From Candidatus Micrarchaeota archaeon (lineage in GTDB: Archaea > Micrarchaeota > Micrarchaeia > Anstonellales > J096), in contig JALWQW010000003.1 in NCBI GenBank assembly GCA_026982895.1, forward strand, positions 10,063 to 74,062: DNA of 64,000 nucleotides. Direction: 5' to 3'. The notes beneath the pieces are model-generated. The model had not been told where the DNA came from. It saw only the letters and a program-made list of their open reading frames with translations, and did no database searches. Shown piece after piece: positions 18,517-28,195 of this stretch (within the stretch, counting starts at the first letter, position 1; every line of letters begins with the position of its first letter). The position numbers and the translations under genes were made by a program.

Positions 18517-19587
18517 TTACAACCTCAAAAACTCCTCGTAGAGCTCGCGCAACTTTCCTTTTAACAAAACAAGGTCTCGAGCATCTGCTTTGAATTTTTT
18601 TACATCGTTGAATCCCGTTAAGAACATCACACCCTTTAATTGTTCAATCCACTTGTCGATAAGCTCTGCCACACTTTTTTCTCCACCACTTTTTGTGTAT
18701 GCTTCCAAGAAGGGCTTTGCTGCTCCAAACATCTCGGCGCCTAAGGCAAGAGCCTTTGCACCTTCTATGCCAGAGCGAATGCCGCCGCTAGCTATATAAT
18801 GACCATCAGGATAATCATGCTTTGCCATTAAGAGGGCGAGGGCCGTTGGAATACCCCATTCTTCAAAGCCTTCTATGCTGCCGCCCCTCATATACTCTAT
18901 TCTGCTCCAGCTTGTTCCTCCTGCTCCTGCTATGTCAAAATATGTGCTTATCTTCTCCAATTTTAAGATTGTTTTAGGGGATAATCCACTTCCAACTTCC
19001 TTAAAGATGATTGGTACAGGAATTCTATCGGCGTGTTTTTCTATTGCTGCTAAGACACCCTCCCAGTTTTTATCTCCTTCTGGCTGGATTAGCTCTTGAA
19101 GGGGGTTGAGATGGATGGCTAAAGCGTCTAATTCCGTTTTACTTATCATCTCCTCTATTTTCTCAGGAGGATACTCCTTCAATTGATAGGCTCCTATATT
19201 GCCTATTAAAAAGACATCGGGCACCTCTTTTTTGACGGCGTATGTCTCCGATAGCTCGGGTTTTTCTATCATGGCCCTTTGAGAGCCCAAACCCAAACCA
19301 ATTCCCTTATCGGCTGCTGCTGAGGCTAAGCCAATATTAATCTCTTTAGCAGCTTTATAACCGCCGGTCATCGCCTCTATTATCAGTGGCGCCTTAAACT
19401 CATAGCCCATAAACATAGTTTTCGTGCTTATGCTCTCGAAATCTACTTCTGGCAGTGCATTGTGGATGAGAAAAACATCTTCAAATAATGTGCTCTTATC
19501 ATAGTTCGCTTCGTCCTTCAACGCTCTTGCAATATGTTCAGCCTTTCTTTTCTCAGTGGCGTTTTCGCCATCAGTTTTATTGGCCAT
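18517..19587 (-). CDS. fni: Isopentenyl-diphosphate delta-isomerase, type 2 (FMN-dependent)
   Basis: 'EKRKAEHI' and 'IEAMTGG' motifs are present. Size and TIM-barrel character are typical of IDI-2. Confidence 0.8.
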   Translation of the reverse strand: MANKTDGENATEKRKAEHIARALKDEANYDKSTLFEDVFLIHNALPEVDFESISTKTMFMGYEFKAPLIIEAMTGGYKAAKEINIGLASAAADKGIGLGLGSQRAMIEKPELSETYAVKKEVPDVFLIGNIGAYQLKEYPPEKIEEMISKTELDALAIHLNPLQELIQPEGDKNWEGVLAAIEKHADRIPVPIIFKEVGSGLSPKTILKLEKISTYFDIAGAGGTSWSRIEYMRGGSIEGFEEWGIPTALALLMAKHDYPDGHYIASGGIRSGIEGAKALALGAEMFGAAKPFLEAYTKSGGEKSVAELIDKWIEQLKGVMFLTGFNDVKKFKADARDLVLLKGKLRELYEEFLRL

Positions 19588-19609
19588 GCTCTTTTTTTAG
19601 GAGAAACCT

Positions 19610-20308
19610 TTAAAATAGGGACTTGAATCTCATAGCGTCGTCGTACATATACACATTGTTGAAGAGGATATAATCGCCGTTTTTAGTGACTCGTTTCACT
19701 TCCCTAAGCTCGTCGTCGCTGAATTTATAATCGTACATCATTCTCTCACCAAAGCCATGAAGACGATAATAATTGAAGGGTTGTTTTCTGAATGGCTTTT
19801 GCCTTAATGGGTCTATGACATGGATAATGTCAAGCTCTTCAAACAGTGGCTCAATGATTTCTCTAGTCCATTCTTCCTTCCATCTAACCTCCCAACCGAT
19901 TGTTAAGTCTCCCCTATCAATCATTGAAAAGAATCTCTTGGCATTATTTATGTGCTCGGCAGTGGGCATAAAATGTTTATGTGGTGTTTGGAATATAACG
20001 ACTTTGCTCTCCAATGCCTTAACAATCTCTAGAAATTCCTTCCAAACTGCCTTGCTCCCTTCTCTAAATTTATATTCATGCGTTATTGTTTTCGGCGCCT
20101 TTACTGTGAATTCAAACCTGTCATTAATCCCTCTCGCCTTTTTCAGCCACTTCTCAGCAGTACTCACACGAGGCAGACGGTAAAAGGTGCTATTTACTTC
20201 GACAACATCAAAGTGCTTAGCATAGAGCTCAAGCTTATCGCCTTTATCAGGAAATCTCGACCAGCCACATGTTCCTGTTTTCACATTTTTGGGCATAATC
20301 CTTCTCAT
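19610..20308 (-). CDS. DUF72 (YecE-like) family protein
   Basis: The 'GTCGW' and 'EVNSTFY' motifs are hallmarks of DUF72. Confidence 0.7.
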   Translation of the reverse strand: MRRIMPKNVKTGTCGWSRFPDKGDKLELYAKHFDVVEVNSTFYRLPRVSTAEKWLKKARGINDRFEFTVKAPKTITHEYKFREGSKAVWKEFLEIVKALESKVVIFQTPHKHFMPTAEHINNAKRFFSMIDRGDLTIGWEVRWKEEWTREIIEPLFEELDIIHVIDPLRQKPFRKQPFNYYRLHGFGERMMYDYKFSDDELREVKRVTKNGDYILFNNVYMYDDAMRFKSLF

Positions 20309-20344
20309 CCTCCGACTTTTAAATACTTTTGCTCATAATTTAGC

Positions 20345-21031
20345 ATGAAATTGAGTAAGAAGGATGCCGAATATCTTGTATCGGCGTTTGACATCTATTT
20401 TGGTGGTGACCTAACAGAAGTGAGCAACGAGAAAAAGGAAGAAATATATCGCCTTCTGTTAGACAATGCACCCTCTTTCCCACTTTCATTGGCGAAAGAA
20501 GTATTGGAATCCCACCCAAGTGAGAGCGAAGTTCTATGGTTGGAAAGGACTGCTAAAGGCGAGGAGAACGCGGAGTTCATGAAGCGCGTCTTCCAATTAA
20601 CTCTTCGCATGAGGAAAGAATTGAAGGATAGGGAGGTATGGCGTATCGCCTCTGATATTGCGTCCAATTCTGTGCCAGTAGATCCAGAGGACTTTCTTTA
20701 TCTCTTTGCTGCTATTCCTAAATTTATAGCTAAACCAAGAACTATACCCTCTCTTGCACGACTTTTGGCTAATCCCAAAGCAATAATATCTATTCGTAAT
20801 GAGGGGGCTCTTGCTGCTTTAGGAAATATTTTAGAGGCTGCCGAAGATAATGATTATGAGCAGGTTAAACTCATTTCAAAAGCTTTACTTAAAGCACCGT
20901 CTCTTGTGAAACTTTATAAATGGCGTGATGAGCTTGAGATTAAGAAGTTTGAAAAGATGGGCTGGAAGGTTGAAATTGATCGGACAGGTAGAGGGGGAAG
21001 CTGGAAGTTCACTCTTAAGGATAAGGAGTAA
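20345..21031 (+). CDS. Hypothetical protein
   Basis: 228-aa ORF with no recognisable motifs. It sits immediately upstream of the 637-aa ORF. Confidence 0.45.
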   Translation: MKLSKKDAEYLVSAFDIYFGGDLTEVSNEKKEEIYRLLLDNAPSFPLSLAKEVLESHPSESEVLWLERTAKGEENAEFMKRVFQLTLRMRKELKDREVWRIASDIASNSVPVDPEDFLYLFAAIPKFIAKPRTIPSLARLLANPKAIISIRNEGALAALGNILEAAEDNDYEQVKLISKALLKAPSLVKLYKWRDELEIKKFEKMGWKVEIDRTGRGGSWKFTLKDKE

Positions 21032-21039
21032 GTGATATC

Positions 21040-22953
21040 ATGAGCCTGGCAGATTGGGTCGTTCCTTTTTACTATCTCCGTGATGTGAAAAAGGAGGTTA
21101 GAGAGGCGTGTGCTGCTTCTCCCACTGCTTGCACTGCTACTATATCTTTGTATAGTTTGTCAGTCGTAGCAGACACTCTGTCCGTTCTCGGAGCTCTTTT
21201 CACCTTTGGCACATCTGTTGGGGCAGGATATGGAATTAAAATAGCTATCCGCGAGGCTGCTCTTCGCATTATCAAAGAGACTACTGCCGTTGGACTTGTA
21301 GATATACTTAAACCAGGATCTAAGAAGTTGGCAGAGGGCTTGGCTGGTGCTGTGAGAGGCTTGCATGAGGCAGCAGAGGAGGGACGGTTAAGCTGGGCTG
21401 CCGCTAGTAAGAAGGTTTTGGATATGTATGATTCAGCCAGGCATTATTTTGAGGAAATAGGTGTTCCTCAGCTTTTCAGAGATGCTACTAAACTTTCGTC
21501 CAAGCAGATGAAGACTCTTTTTGGCGAGGAATTCTATAAACTTCTTAAAAAGGGAAAGGAGCTCCCCTCCGCTGTCATTGCTGCTGATAAAAAAGCTATG
21601 TGGCTATCCAACCTCTTTAGTGGGCAATTGGGCGATACAATGCTTGCATTTTATAGAGTGAGCACCAGCCAAGCTATTTTGGATGTCGAGAGGAAGTATG
21701 GTGTAAAAGTTGTCTTATATCCTTTCGGCGGGGATGAAACACTCATGTTAATCCTTCACACAAATGGGAAGGTTGTAGAGGCTGCTGCTAATGAAATCAA
21801 AGAAAGGACGCTGAAGTACATGGAGAAACTTGTAAAAAAAGCTGCTGAGAAGGATCCTGCTTTAAAGGGCGTCATGGACAAAGTGAGCGGCGTAGAATTT
21901 AATATCGCTTATGTCACAACAAAAATGAAAAAGGGTAAAGTTTTATTCAAATCACCTTTTGTTGGGAGGAGGATTAAGTCTTTATCAGCTCACATGGCAA
22001 ACATAGAGGCGAAGCGCTTACTCGGGAAACTGCCTCTAAAACAAAGGCTCATGTTCAAGACTTTACAGAGGCGCATCGCCAAATATGCGCCTAAATTTGC
22101 TCCGGGTATAAAAGATGCTATTGAGGTTGAGAATGCCGTTAAACTTGGTGAAGGCACTTTTACGGCTTTTCGTATAGGGGTGGCGAATGAAAAGAGCTTG
22201 TCTAGTTTTTGGCTACTCACTGAAAAAGCTGGAAAGGCTCTTATGCATGTTAAAAATAAGCAGTTAGGTATCTCGACACTTAACCTTTTGGGGCATGGCT
22301 TTGCTGATAATATGAGGGCGATGGTCATAGATGCTGTCCATGAGGCGGCTGAAGCTATGGGAAAAGAAGTAAAGGTTTATCTTGTTAAGGATGGAGGGCC
22401 CCTTTCCATATACATCGAGGGCTTATCTAAGACAGAATCTGCGGCTGTGCTTAAAAAAGCCCAACAAATCTTTTTGGACAAAGCAGAGTCCTTAGGCATC
22501 TCTAAATGGGGATTCAGGCTTAGAACATTCACAGGAGAGACGAGGGAAGCGCTCACATATAATGTTAGGTTATCTAAATATGGTACAAAGTTCTGTGGAG
22601 ATGCTCTTCATGTGTTTGAAGACAATCGTGAAACAATTTATACTTATTTAGCGGTTGCTAAATGGGATGACGCGCATTTCAAGCTCGCTCTTTCTGCTAT
22701 AGATAAGACGGGATTAGATGGTTTAAAGGCAGTGCTTAAAGAATCTTTGAAGATATGGCACGATAATCCTTCTGCTAGGAATATAGAGGATTTCCTCACG
22801 ATTTTAGGCGAAGTGGCTACAGGTAGAGGCATAAAACTCACTCAAAAGAATTTCAGCAGGCTTATTTATGGCCTTACTACCGCAGGCATATCGTTGAAGG
22901 CAACAACTGCTGGCGGCATACAGGAAGAGAAGATGGAACGCGAAATTAAATGA
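21040..22953 (+). CDS. Large hypothetical protein with an N-terminal hydrophobic segment
   Basis: 637 aa. The N-terminal region 'CAASPTACTATISLYSLSVVADTLSVLGALFTFG' is hydrophobic. The rest is mixed alpha/beta with no recognisable catalytic motif. Confidence 0.5.
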   Translation: MSLADWVVPFYYLRDVKKEVREACAASPTACTATISLYSLSVVADTLSVLGALFTFGTSVGAGYGIKIAIREAALRIIKETTAVGLVDILKPGSKKLAEGLAGAVRGLHEAAEEGRLSWAAASKKVLDMYDSARHYFEEIGVPQLFRDATKLSSKQMKTLFGEEFYKLLKKGKELPSAVIAADKKAMWLSNLFSGQLGDTMLAFYRVSTSQAILDVERKYGVKVVLYPFGGDETLMLILHTNGKVVEAAANEIKERTLKYMEKLVKKAAEKDPALKGVMDKVSGVEFNIAYVTTKMKKGKVLFKSPFVGRRIKSLSAHMANIEAKRLLGKLPLKQRLMFKTLQRRIAKYAPKFAPGIKDAIEVENAVKLGEGTFTAFRIGVANEKSLSSFWLLTEKAGKALMHVKNKQLGISTLNLLGHGFADNMRAMVIDAVHEAAEAMGKEVKVYLVKDGGPLSIYIEGLSKTESAAVLKKAQQIFLDKAESLGISKWGFRLRTFTGETREALTYNVRLSKYGTKFCGDALHVFEDNRETIYTYLAVAKWDDAHFKLALSAIDKTGLDGLKAVLKESLKIWHDNPSARNIEDFLTILGEVATGRGIKLTQKNFSRLIYGLTTAGISLKATTAGGIQEEKMEREIK

Positions 22954-22995
22954 GCTAATAATATGGCTTATATATGTTTCCCTTCTTAATTCGCT

Positions 22996-23865
22996 GTGAT
23001 TGTAATTATAGGAAGATCTAGATTAGGCTTGGCTATAAAGGCACGTTTGCCAGGAGCCAAGGTTTTATCTAGACAGGAAGGCATTCAATACACAGAAGAG
23101 GGTCTTAAACCCTACCTTAAACATGCTGAAGTTGTCATCGTAGCGGCTGGCAGAACTCGAGGGAATGAAGAAGAACTCTTTAAAGAACATGTCGGGCTGG
23201 CAAAGGCTGTTGTTAAAGCTGCTCCTAAAAACATTCCAATACTTTATGCTTCGAGTATCTCCGTGTATGGTAAAGGTGCAGTGGTTGGTGATGAATCACT
23301 TCCCTTGAACCCTGACACACCCTATGCAAAGGCCAAAGCAGCGGCTGAAAAAGAGATACTCAAACATTCCAACTCAATCGTATTTCGCATAGGCACTATG
23401 TATGGGTTTGAATACAAGAATTACTCCACTATGTTCTCATTTATAAGACGGGGTTTTGTCCCTATATTTGGCAATGGTGAAAATAATGTTCCCTTCACAT
23501 ATATAAGGGACGTCGCCAAAGCATTCTCCATCGCTGTCGATATGCTATTAAAGGGTAAAGAATTGAATCATCGAATATATAACATATCTTCTAAGGGCGC
23601 TACATTGAACACAACCTTGAATATCGCTGCAAAGTATCTCGGAAGAAAGCCTTTCATATTACATATATCTCTGTCATTGGCCAAAATTCTCGGCAGAGTC
23701 TGCGATTTCTTCAATTGTTTGTTTAACACGGAGACTGTTTTAAGCCTCTCTTCGGATAGACATATAAACAGTTTGAGGGCTAAAAACGAAGGTTTGTTTA
23801 ACGAAACACCTATTGAAGAAGGTATTAAAGAGGTGGTGAGTGAGTATGAGCGAAGAAATAGATGA
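22996..23865 (+). CDS. NAD(P)-binding Rossmann-fold protein of the epimerase/dehydratase/NmrA-like family
   Basis: GTG start. SDR-type 'YAKAKAAAE' (YxxxK) follows a Rossmann N-terminus 'VIIGRSRLG'. Confidence 0.55.
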   Translation: MIVIIGRSRLGLAIKARLPGAKVLSRQEGIQYTEEGLKPYLKHAEVVIVAAGRTRGNEEELFKEHVGLAKAVVKAAPKNIPILYASSISVYGKGAVVGDESLPLNPDTPYAKAKAAAEKEILKHSNSIVFRIGTMYGFEYKNYSTMFSFIRRGFVPIFGNGENNVPFTYIRDVAKAFSIAVDMLLKGKELNHRIYNISSKGATLNTTLNIAAKYLGRKPFILHISLSLAKILGRVCDFFNCLFNTETVLSLSSDRHINSLRAKNEGLFNETPIEEGIKEVVSEYERRNR

Positions 23866-24595
23866 GATAGAGCTTTTTTACAATAAGAGTGCTGTCGAGA
23901 ATGCCAATTATTACTTTAACTTGGCTAAAAAAATGAAGAAGAAATCAGAAGGGGCTAAAGCGGCTATAGAGCGAATGGAAAAGGAACTTAAAGCCGAGAA
24001 GAAGGCAAAGCCAAAACCTTCTCTTTCTTTCGAAGTGGCTGACGCCAAAGACCACATCAAAACAGTGACTAGTGCAGGCTTAACCCTGCTTGTGGGCAAA
24101 GATGCCTCCTCTAACGGGCGTCTATTTCGTTCTATGGAAAAAGAAGACTTATTTTTTCATGCTGACATCGTCGGTGCCTCGACAGTCATATTAAAGAAAG
24201 GCGTATCAGCACCCCTAAAAGATAAGTTGGAGGCGGCCACATTTGCCGCTAGCTATAGTAAGGCGTGGAAGTTGGATTACAATAGTGCCCATGTTTATGC
24301 TGTTATGAAAGACCAAATCATATCGATGGCTAAAGCAGGACAATATACTTTTGAAGGCCAAAGAGAGTGGTTCAAGAATGCAGCCCTTCGCCTTGTTATG
24401 GGCATTCATAGAGCTAAGCTCAACATTTTCGCCGCTAATACTCGGTTGGATGTGAGAAAGCCTGTTTACATTAGCCCCGGCGGGAAGCTGAAAAAAGATG
24501 CTGCTGCCAAATGGTTGGCTAAATTCTATGGGGCTGATGAGGCGAAGATAAAGGCGCTCTTGCCCTCTGGAAAATTCTATCTAAAGAAGGCTTGA
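23840..24595 (+). CDS. NFACT-R (DUF814) domain protein
   Basis: 'LFFHADIVGASTVIL' matches the DUF814 'FH..x..GSHV' core. 251 aa. Confidence 0.55.
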   Translation: MSMSEEIDEIELFYNKSAVENANYYFNLAKKMKKKSEGAKAAIERMEKELKAEKKAKPKPSLSFEVADAKDHIKTVTSAGLTLLVGKDASSNGRLFRSMEKEDLFFHADIVGASTVILKKGVSAPLKDKLEAATFAASYSKAWKLDYNSAHVYAVMKDQIISMAKAGQYTFEGQREWFKNAALRLVMGIHRAKLNIFAANTRLDVRKPVYISPGGKLKKDAAAKWLAKFYGADEAKIKALLPSGKFYLKKA

Positions 24596-25324
24596 AAGGA
24601 AGCGTAGATATTCATCTAAATCGTTGAAGACGCGCTTAGCCCCCTTTTGATAGAGCCATTCCTTTCGACCCATGCCCGAATAAATTGCATAGGTTTCGAA
24701 GCCTGCTTTTACACCACCTTCTACATCATGAGCTCCGTCGCATACATAAATGATGGTTTCACTGCTTAGCCCACTCTTTTCGAGGGCTGTTTTGTATATC
24801 TCAGGATGTGGCTTTTTAACATCAATGTGGTGGGAGCTGACGAGGACAGAAAATTTGTCTATGAATGGAAGATTTTTCCTCACGAAGTAGGGGTCGTCGT
24901 TTGTTATTATACCAAGCACATGCTGCTTATAAAGGTCGTCGAAAATTTCCACATGATTTGGTTTGAAGAGGGGTTTGCTTCCCTTTGCCTTTATGTGTTT
25001 CACAAACATTTTATGATAAAGTTCGTTGCTTATATCGCCGATATCTTTTGGAAGACCCTCTATTAATATTTCAGCTTCCCTCTCAGCTTCTTCCACCTTT
25101 TCTTTGTTTAAGCGTCCCATAAGTTCATCCTTACTGTGTTCTATCATAAGTGGGAGGAGGACTGCGTTGCCAGACAGTGGCGGGACGCCTCTGAAAAAAA
25201 CATAGTCTTCATAGCTGTAATCCCTCTCGTATTTTGCATTGAATTCCTGGAGGAAAGACTTAATGGCATCTTCATATGTCAAAAATACACCATTAACATC
25301 GAAAAACAAGCCTCGTTTATTCAT
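24581..25324 (-). CDS. HAD-superfamily hydrolase
   Basis: N-terminal 'LFFDVNGV' (DxDx motif I) and C-terminal 'YVCDGAHDVEGG' (motif IV). Confidence 0.6.
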   Translation of the reverse strand: MNKRGLFFDVNGVFLTYEDAIKSFLQEFNAKYERDYSYEDYVFFRGVPPLSGNAVLLPLMIEHSKDELMGRLNKEKVEEAEREAEILIEGLPKDIGDISNELYHKMFVKHIKAKGSKPLFKPNHVEIFDDLYKQHVLGIITNDDPYFVRKNLPFIDKFSVLVSSHHIDVKKPHPEIYKTALEKSGLSSETIIYVCDGAHDVEGGVKAGFETYAIYSGMGRKEWLYQKGAKRVFNDLDEYLRFLSSLL

Positions 25325-25425
25325 ATCTGCTTTTTGAGCAAAGGGATTAAAAAGCTCATCCTTGACCGCTTTTTATGCCCTGCACGCTAAACAATATTTT
25401 TAAACTATTCGTCAGAAAGGCAAGC

Positions 25426-25845
25426 ATGGCAAATTTATTTGAATTATCAGGTGTAATTGGAGGTATCATTATAGCAGGTTCGTATATACCTCAAATATAC
25501 AAGTTGTTAAAGACGAAGACAGCTAGAGGCATCTCAACAATCTTCGTGACGGCTCTGCTTGTTGGAAGCTTACTTCTCCTCATATATTCTTTATATGCTG
25601 GCGATGCGCTTTTCATAGCCTTAAACGCCTCTGCTAGTATCTTGGCTGGCACTGTTTTGGCTTTGTCTATTTACTACAAGTATCATGAAAATGAAGGCTC
25701 TGGTAAGCTCATAAGGAAAGTGCTACCTAAAAAGGCGGGTAAAGGCAAAGTTGAGAAAAGCAATGCAAGACCAAAAAAGCCGAAAAGGGGTTCCAGAGCT
25801 TCAAAAAGAGGCTCTTCTAAAAAGAGCAAAAAGAAAAAGGCATAG
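25426..25845 (+). CDS. PQ-loop (SemiSWEET-like) membrane protein with a Lys-rich C-terminal tail
   Basis: 'SYIPQIYK' PQ motif. Three TM helices. The tail is 'KKAGKGKVEKSNARPKKPKRGSRASKRGSSKKSKKKKA'. The start is taken as the ATG at 25426. Confidence 0.5.
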   Translation: MANLFELSGVIGGIIIAGSYIPQIYKLLKTKTARGISTIFVTALLVGSLLLLIYSLYAGDALFIALNASASILAGTVLALSIYYKYHENEGSGKLIRKVLPKKAGKGKVEKSNARPKKPKRGSRASKRGSSKKSKKKKA

Positions 25846-25885
25846 AGAAATACGAGGATTTAAGTAAGTGCTTAAGAATTTAAGA

Positions 25886-26542
25886 TCAAATCTCTATATT
25901 TTCACCAGGCTTCATGAATTCGGCGTGCTTTTTTATCTCTTCGCGCATTTCTTCGCTTAATTTTATGGGCGGGAATGTGTCATAGTGCATAGCTATAATG
26001 CGCTTTGCCTTTAACATTCTTTTAGCGAGTGGCAGCTCTTTAGCTCCCATTGTAAAATGTCCGCCTACCGGAAGGAGAGCCAAGTCTATATTGAAGAGCT
26101 CGCTTATGAGCTCCATGCCTTTGAAAACGCCTGTATCTCCTGCGTGGTAAATTATTTTTTCCTCTAACCTAACGATGAATCCACATGGTAGGCCGTATGG
26201 CGAGGTATGCTGTGCTTCTGTAAGATATATCTCCATACCGTCCAAGGAAAAACGGCCACCTATATTGGCTCCAATACCTTTTCCACCCCTTTCTGCCAAC
26301 GCGTTTATCAGCTCAAAGACGCTGATAGCCTTTCCGAAGCCATTTTTCGTCAGCTCAACCGCTTCGTTAAATCCGTGATCTCTATGCCCATGAGTTATGA
26401 AGATGTGCGTCGGTTTCCACACCTTCGTTTGTTCCATTGTCCAAGCTGCCATAGGATTGCTCTCTATCCACGGGTCAAAGAGTAGTCGCTTATCTCCACT
26501 CTCGATGGCAAAAGCCGCGTGTCCTATGTATGTGATTTTCAT
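25886..26542 (-). CDS. Metallo-beta-lactamase-fold hydrolase
   Basis: 'ITHGHRDHG' (HxHxDH) and a downstream His are present. Confidence 0.65.
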   Translation of the reverse strand: MKITYIGHAAFAIESGDKRLLFDPWIESNPMAAWTMEQTKVWKPTHIFITHGHRDHGFNEAVELTKNGFGKAISVFELINALAERGGKGIGANIGGRFSLDGMEIYLTEAQHTSPYGLPCGFIVRLEEKIIYHAGDTGVFKGMELISELFNIDLALLPVGGHFTMGAKELPLAKRMLKAKRIIAMHYDTFPPIKLSEEMREEIKKHAEFMKPGENIEI

Positions 26543-26635
26543 GTTTTTTTCTTTGTGTGTAAGGTTTTAAGGCCTTCCACAATACTTTTCCACCCTTCAC
26601 TAATACTTTTAAATACTTACTAACACAATATTTAT

Positions 26636-27490
26636 ATGAATCCTGTTAGTGACAACAAGCTACAAGACAATAAATCAGCCCTGCTTAAACCTTTTCCAAG
26701 GAAGGCCTATGATATAAAGGCATATTCTAAAGCCAACATTGACTTAAAACTCCTCGTGGAAACATTGAAAATAAAGTATGATAAAATAGCCCCTTCTATA
26801 GATGGATTCTTCAAAGCCCTTCCACATATAGACGGTGTAAAAGGGATTGCTTTGGTTGGAACATCCGTTTATTACCCATGGCATGCTAAATCATTTAGCG
26901 ATATTGACTTAATGATTTTCGACGATAGAGGAAATGTGAGGAAGTTCTTTTTGGCTTATTCCCGCATGTATCCTGAATTTGGGAGAGCTGTTAATATACT
27001 GCCTTTTTCATTGGATGTTTTTGTTTCGTCCAGAACTCCTGAAGATATCTATACCAAGCACCAACCTCTTTCTTCTGCCCTTTATATCTTAAAATCCTCC
27101 AACGGTGTCATTGAAAGGATTGAACAGCTTCGTTCAACATTGACAGAAAAAGAGCAGAAGATGCTTCTTGTATTAACAGCCCTTCATCAAGTTCGTTCTT
27201 ATCTTGTTAAGAAAGTTTCTGAAGGCGCACACATGCCTTATAGCCCTCTCTTTATGCATGCCGACCCGCTCAGTGGTTATGTTTCCATGATTGGCGGCGT
27301 TATTCTTGCTCTTAAATCATCAAAAAACTTGGTGGAACCTGCGTTGGCTCATGCTTACTCCAAACGACCATTTACCCCTGACTTTCAGAGGACATTTGCA
27401 AATTACCTTCATAAGGTCGTAGAGAGGTCGGACTATTGGTTGGACAGCAAATTGTTGGACATGTTCGAACCCTTTGTAGAGGTGGGCTAA
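26636..27490 (+). CDS. Pol-beta-superfamily nucleotidyltransferase-like protein
   Basis: 'LVGTSVYYPWHAKSFSDIDLMIF' fits the NTase 'G[ST]x(9-13)DhD' signature. A third acidic residue is near 'SLDVFV'. Confidence 0.4.
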   Translation: MNPVSDNKLQDNKSALLKPFPRKAYDIKAYSKANIDLKLLVETLKIKYDKIAPSIDGFFKALPHIDGVKGIALVGTSVYYPWHAKSFSDIDLMIFDDRGNVRKFFLAYSRMYPEFGRAVNILPFSLDVFVSSRTPEDIYTKHQPLSSALYILKSSNGVIERIEQLRSTLTEKEQKMLLVLTALHQVRSYLVKKVSEGAHMPYSPLFMHADPLSGYVSMIGGVILALKSSKNLVEPALAHAYSKRPFTPDFQRTFANYLHKVVERSDYWLDSKLLDMFEPFVEVG

Positions 27491-28191
27491 TGGTTAAAGG
27501 GAGTTTCTTTAAGGGGCTAGTTCTTGGCGGTGCTTTGTATTCTACTATTGTAGGCTCGTCTGTCTATAAAGAAATTGGAAAAGATGTTGGTGCGTATCTG
27601 AAGGATTTTATCAAATACTCTTTTAAGAATAAGAAGCCCTTATTGGATACAAACTTCATCCATATCTCTGAAACCACATCTGCTTTATTTTTATCTTCAA
27701 AGCTTCAATTCATTCCTGTTAAACACACTTCTTCTGGGAAGCCCTACATTGTTCTCTCAGCCAAGCAACCTTTTTTCTTAGCCTCGAGGGATGTTGAATT
27801 TTACCGTAACATCTATTTCATGCTCCCTAATGATAAAGATCATTACCAAGTATTTGTTTTTCGTAAGTCTCTTTTCCTATTTAATCAAGATACAAATGAA
27901 TTTTCAGCGTGGCAGTTTACGCCAAAACCAATACTTATTAGACGGTGGATGCCACCATTAAACTGTGAAAATTGCCAAAGCCCTACGCTTAATTATTCTG
28001 CGAGGATAACAGCGTACGAGAAGACTCTTTTTTTATCCCTTTTAAAATTCAGGGGCTCTCAACCTAAACCTTGTGGTTCTTCACTTGTTATACTAGACAC
28101 CTATTTAAACCCTTCCAATCCAAACAACTCTGTGATGACACACAGGTTTTCTGATGCTTTTGGAAGCGATGATGAATATCTGGAGCGCTGA
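27490..28191 (+). CDS. Hypothetical protein
   Basis: The ATG at 27490 overlaps the upstream stop by 1 nt. 233 aa, no recognisable motifs. Confidence 0.4.
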   Translation: MVKGSFFKGLVLGGALYSTIVGSSVYKEIGKDVGAYLKDFIKYSFKNKKPLLDTNFIHISETTSALFLSSKLQFIPVKHTSSGKPYIVLSAKQPFFLASRDVEFYRNIYFMLPNDKDHYQVFVFRKSLFLFNQDTNEFSAWQFTPKPILIRRWMPPLNCENCQSPTLNYSARITAYEKTLFLSLLKFRGSQPKPCGSSLVILDTYLNPSNPNNSVMTHRFSDAFGSDDEYLER

Positions 28192-28195
28192 TATA

